Below are positions 32,901 through 37,745 of a stretch of 37,745 nt of DNA, piece by piece (positions within the stretch are counted from its first letter, which is position 1; each line of letters starts with the position of its first letter). Both the position numbers and the translations under genes were made by a program. This DNA comes from Macrostomum lignano (Eukaryota): contig NIVC01001808.1 of the NCBI GenBank assembly GCA_002269645.1, positions 197,069-234,813 on the forward strand. The letters run 5' to 3'. The notes below the pieces were generated by a model. It was not told the DNA's origin, ran no database searches, and was given only the letters and a program-made list of their open reading frames with translations.

Positions 32901-35900
32901 GCGTGGACTGCCCCACAATCGAGCAGTTTGCAATTCCGCTTAAGCCGGAATCAGCATCAGTCCAGGTGATGGTTTGGGTCAAAAAGGCGGAACCAACATT
33001 TTCGTCTATAGTTTTTGTGAACTCCACAGTAGATCCAAACTGTGGATCATTGTCGTTGACGTCAGTCAGGCTGATGGTCAGAGTGCCCGACGCAGTTAGA
33101 GGTGTGGCGTCGGTTACTTTTACCATCAGGACAAAGGGACCCCTTGTTGAGCTTGAGTCATAGTCCAACGCCTGGTTTACTGAAACTCGGCCAGTTGAGG
33201 CATCGAACGCAAACAGATTCGAATTCGCAGATGGAGAGAAGTCGACAAGTGACATTGTAAGCGGTCCTGTTCCACCAGTGCCCAAGTTGGGAACAAATTG
33301 AAATACCTGAGTGCCCACTGAAGAGCTCTCGGACACTGTGACAGCGCTGTTTGCAACTGTAAACGTAGGCGGCCTAGCTGTAACGGCTATGTTAACCGTC
33401 ACAGAGCAAGTGGCTGATCGAGCGGGGCTGCCACCATCTGTAGCTACAACTAAAAGCGTGTTTGATAGGGTATCGGACGAACTGAAGCTGCGCACGCTAC
33501 TGAGACGAGTGCCACTAAGCTGGAAGTCTGGGCTCAGAGCAGCTGAAATCAGATTGTGGAGTTTCTTTTGTTAGTTCACTCATTATGATAGCGGATAATT
33601 ATGGCAATAATATCAAACAGTGCTCTTCTTACCCGCATTGTTTAGACTGAAGGTCAGCTGCGCGTTAACTCCAGAGTCAGCGTCGGTAACTCTGCCCGAT
33701 GCACCGAAGTCTACCAGCTGTTTGGCCGCTTCGCCCTCATACAGGGTGATGGTCTGAGAAGCTGGATTGCAAACTGGCGTGTTATCATTGATGTCAGTCA
33801 CTGAGACGGCCACGGTGCAGTTAGCAGTGGAAGAGAGGCCGCCTCCATCTGTTACGCTAACCAGAAGCGTGTAGCTGGCGGCTGTCTCTCTGTCCAGTGC
33901 CGCGGCTGTTTGCAGCGCTCCCGAAGCCGAATTGATCGAAAATTTACCGGCGTCATTTCCACCAACAATGGACCAGGTCAGGGTGGCGTGATTCAGGCCT
34001 CGGTCGGCGTCAGTTGCCGCCATTGAGACGCTCGTACCACCGATAGTTTTCAAAGCTAGTGCTGTCCCTGTTCCCGAATCCTCAGCTAGACTAGCAGTGA
34101 GAGCCGTGTAGGTGAGCACCGGTGCAAACTCATTAACAGGTGTCACCGAGACAACGGTTGTGTAAGTACTGGACCTGAGAGAGCTGATCGTGGGTGCATT
34201 GTCTGACACAATCAGACGCACTGAGTAGCTGGTGGTGGCACTGGCTGGATCATAATCCAGTGCGCTGCTGGCAGTGACGGCTCCGGATGAGCTGACTTGA
34301 AACGGGGTGCCGGGCACTAGAGCGAACTGTAGCGTTGTTGCAGTGCCGTCTGAGTCGCTGCAACTAGTTGCAGAGTAGGCAGCGGTACCAACTGCTTGAG
34401 CCTCATTCATGGACGCGGTTGTTGGCACTGTGCAGGTTGGGCTGAATTCGTTAACATCAAGTACATTGATGGTCACCGCCATACTGACCGACTTGGCCGG
34501 AGTAGCGCTGTCAGTGACTACTACTTCAAACTGATGGATTCTAGCGGTTTCAAAGTCCAGAGCAGTGGACACAGTGATTGCGCCGCTGGTCGGATTGACT
34601 GCAAAGTGGCTGTCAGATGCACTGGCACTCATTGTGTAGGTCAGGGTGTCTTTGGCATCGCCATCAGTGCAAATCACAACCGGCGAAGTCAGACTGGTGA
34701 GAGCAGTACCAACTGTAACGTCTTCACGGATGTTATTCACCGTGACTGTGCTTGGACTGCAGCTTGGTGCGTGTAAATTTACATCCGTAACAGCGACTGT
34801 GACTGTAGTTGTGGCAGTGTGTGGTCCAGCACCGTTGCCATCCACTGCTGTGACCTGTAATTCGATTTTTTACCACTTTTCTGTAGAATACCTAAACTCG
34901 ATTCTTACTGTAGAATCGTTTCTAACATAAGTAATATATGGCCTCAGATAAATCTACTGGATTATTTGTATAATAGCTACATAAACTGTATGTCTGATGG
35001 TTTATAATTTAACATCTAATCTTTATGAATACAATGTATCGTCGGAAATTATAAAAATTAAAAATAGTTATGCTCACCGTGAAGACCACTTGCGTTACGG
35101 TGTCGTAGTTCAGTATATTACCAGTTGTTAATATTAATCCATTGGTAGAATTGACACTGAAATAGCCCGCCGAGTCTCCAGTTAGCTTGGAGTACAATAT
35201 CTTGTTGTTATTGTTCAGCGCCGTGTCGCCGTCAGTGGCGGTTACCGTGGTGACGGTGGTACCTGCAGCCGAGCCCTCGGGGACACTGGCGGAGTAGTTT
35301 GCTGGGCTAAAGACTGGAGGCAGGTCGTTCGAGTCCAGGATAACGATACTAATCGTCCCTGTACCTGTTAGGCCTCCACCATCTGTTGCCACAATCTGCA
35401 AAACATAGGGCGAACTTCCGGAGACAGCTTCGTAATCGATCGTCATGCCTGAAGCCACCGTGATGACACCAGCGTTACTGATTGCAAACATCCCGCCAGT
35501 GTTGCCTGATGCGATCGCGTAGCTGGTGATCGCATGCGGTGAGTAGTCAGCATCGGTCGCCGCGAATGTCGTTATCGTCGTGGAGCTGGCTACGGTCTCA
35601 TACACCGACAGCGTGACAGTGGCCGTAGGAAACGTCGGCGTGAACTCGTTAGCGGCAGTCACAGCCACAGTTGCTGTAGCCAGACCCGATTTGGATGAGT
35701 CAGCCGGATCAACCGCTCGAATAAGTATCGTATACGTTTGTACTGCGCTATCGTAGTCAACTGGCCCGTTGAGGGACAGGACACCTGTCAAGTTGTTTAC
35801 GGAGAAAGGTACAGAACTGTCTACTAGCTGATAGTAAACCCCGTTGCCATCCCATCTGTGCAGGTGATGGTTGTGGCTGGCGTCAGAGCCGTTGGGAAGC

Positions 35901-37745
35901 TGGCTGCTGTTTCCAATACAGAAGCCGAGTAAGTCGCCGGCGAACAGGACGGCGTGTAGCGATTCACGTCGGTCACTGTCACTGTCACCACGACGCTGCC
36001 AGTTCTCGGCGTTGCCCCGCTATCGACAGCCGTGATAGTTAGCGAGTAGGAGCTGGCCGTTGGATAGTCCAAGCCTGAGACGAGCGTTAGCTTAGTGCAG
36101 CCAGTTAGCCTGCAATAGTTTAATGAATTTTAAATTATTTTTATTATACGAAGCGTGATACAATACGTCTATGTGTGTATATATATGGAAACTCTGACAT
36201 AACATCTTTGGCTAAATCGCCCCAAGACCAGCGGTGATGCGATCCTGCACATTCCGCTGACTCCTGAGCACAAGTGTACTGTACTCAGGCACGCAATTAT
36301 ACACACGCTCCCACAGGGTGTACAGCGGTCTTGACTTTCTATTTGTCAGACATGTACACTCTGCCTTCGGAGTTGATCCTCATGCGTGGAAATTGAAGCA
36401 AAAAATTTCCCCTGTCAAAACTTACCCAAAAGTGCCAGTAGGCGCTATCGAGCACGCAACTGTGCCGTCGGTTCCGTAGTCTTGGTCAACAACGCTAATA
36501 TCAGCAACGTCACCGATAGCCTGGGTTTCAGGCAAGGTAATGCTACTGCCAATCGGTATCGATACGACTGGAGTGTGATCGTTGGTTGTAGTGATGGTTA
36601 CGGAGAGGTTGGCTGTTGCTGTCCTGTAACTGCCAGCACCATTATTATCCAAGCACGTGACGATGAGCAGGTAGCTAAGCGGATGATTTTTGGCCTGTCC
36701 GGATCGATGGCCGTGTTCAGTTCGATGATTGTTGAGTTTGCGGAGTTTGTGCGGAACAAGCTAAGATCGTTGCCACTGGTGATCTGGCAGGTAATTATCG
36801 TGTTGGAGCTGTCTGGATCGGAAACAACCATCTGTTTCACCAGAGTTCCAGCGGCGGAATCTGAATTTCGGGTATTAAGTTTCAGTCATTTTTTTACTTG
36901 AAGCACTAGTGAATACTTTTGTCTTCATACGGTAATTTTTTGCATTGTATTTATCCAATTACCTTCGACAAGCGTCGCAGAGAATGGATCGCCAGTGAAC
37001 GTTGGGTCCAACTCATTGAAGTCCGTAACGTCAACCCGCACAGTCTGGATGATGCTGTTTGGAGTCCCAGTGGTGGGATTATCTCGCGCCTGTACAACGA
37101 AGTTGATGTAGGTGTAGGCTGGCGTCGCCTCTCGGTCAAGGATGCCTTTAGTCTTGACCTGCACCTGGCCAGAGCTGCTGGAGATATTAAATACGGAGCT
37201 GAGATCTACGCTGGTAGAGCCGTCCGTACCGGTTACTGAGGCCAGACTGTAGATCACCTGACCGTCTGGCCCGGAGTCGTAGTCAATAGCAACCGCGGTG
37301 AACACTGCGAATCCTTCGTCGGCATTCTCCGATACCGAGTTGATTGCGGTAGTGGCACTTATCCACGGTGGTTGAATGTCCCCAGACTGGTGGGCGAGGT
37401 TTCTTGGCAGCACGTGCACGGTGACTGTGACGGTCGCTGTGCGCTGCGCCGAGGCGGGTGTCGCGCTGTCGCGCACAGTGATCACCAGAGTTTTGGACGC
37501 GGCCGCCGCGGAATCGTACGTTAGAAAGGTTTTGTCAAGGACCTGGATAAGTCATGTGACCAATTATCAATATGAGTTGAATATAAATTGTGTTATTTTT
37601 TAAGCAAAACTTACTTGACTACCAGTGGTAGACGAAAGGGTCAGATTTCGCTGTGTCCCCCGACAGAAAAGAAGGCCAGTAGCTGGTTGTCACCCAGATC
37701 GGCATCGGTGCAAGGAATGCTTGCCACTAGGGTGGCTGCACTGTC
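29998..37745 (-). CDS. Large cadherin-repeat type I membrane protein (CDH23/Fat/Dachsous-like repeats, no EGF/LamG), 3' part; 5' end lies beyond the window; six apparent -1 frameshifts
   Basis: Exons 37615-37745 (partial), 36963-37542, 36426-36860, 35078-36109, 33633-34854, 32402-33542, 31933-32277, 31326-31847, 29998-31216, all GT-AG. About 18 EC repeats with xE, DxD, LD(Y/R)E and DxNDNxPxF motifs. Membrane-adjacent non-cadherin domain, TM segment (about 30358-30426), Gln/Asn-rich tail ending DVVIFEL. Exon total is 6627 nt; adding 6 restored bases gives 2211 codons. Confidence 0.93.

Overview
Eukaryotic, intron-containing genomic DNA. GC- and Ala-rich exons with AT-rich, minisatellite-filled introns suggest a free-living flatworm such as Macrostomum (inference only). 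Left to right: (1) the 5' end of a minus-strand nesprin-1/Msp-300-like gene, with its CH1 exon (34-275) and six candidate alternative first coding exons between 1.1 and 8.6 kb, all phase-compatible with it; (2) a G-poor 19-bp minisatellite; (3) an orphan plus-strand ORF (8721-9110); (4) three nested DNA transposons (hAT > mariner > hAT), each with its own TIRs and TSD; (5) a 9-exon CCAR1/DBC1-family gene (15080-23937) with a tandem repeat in every intron, plus a deleted P-element and a SINE; (6) a 3-exon CCDC15-like gene; (7) a tRNA-headed CORE-type SINE; (8) the 3' part of a very large minus-strand cadherin (about 18 EC repeats in the window, TM segment, tail ending -IFEL), interrupted by six single-base deletions that are probably assembly errors. 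There are no prokaryotic features, CRISPR arrays or rRNA. Protein family calls rest on remembered motifs, not database searches.
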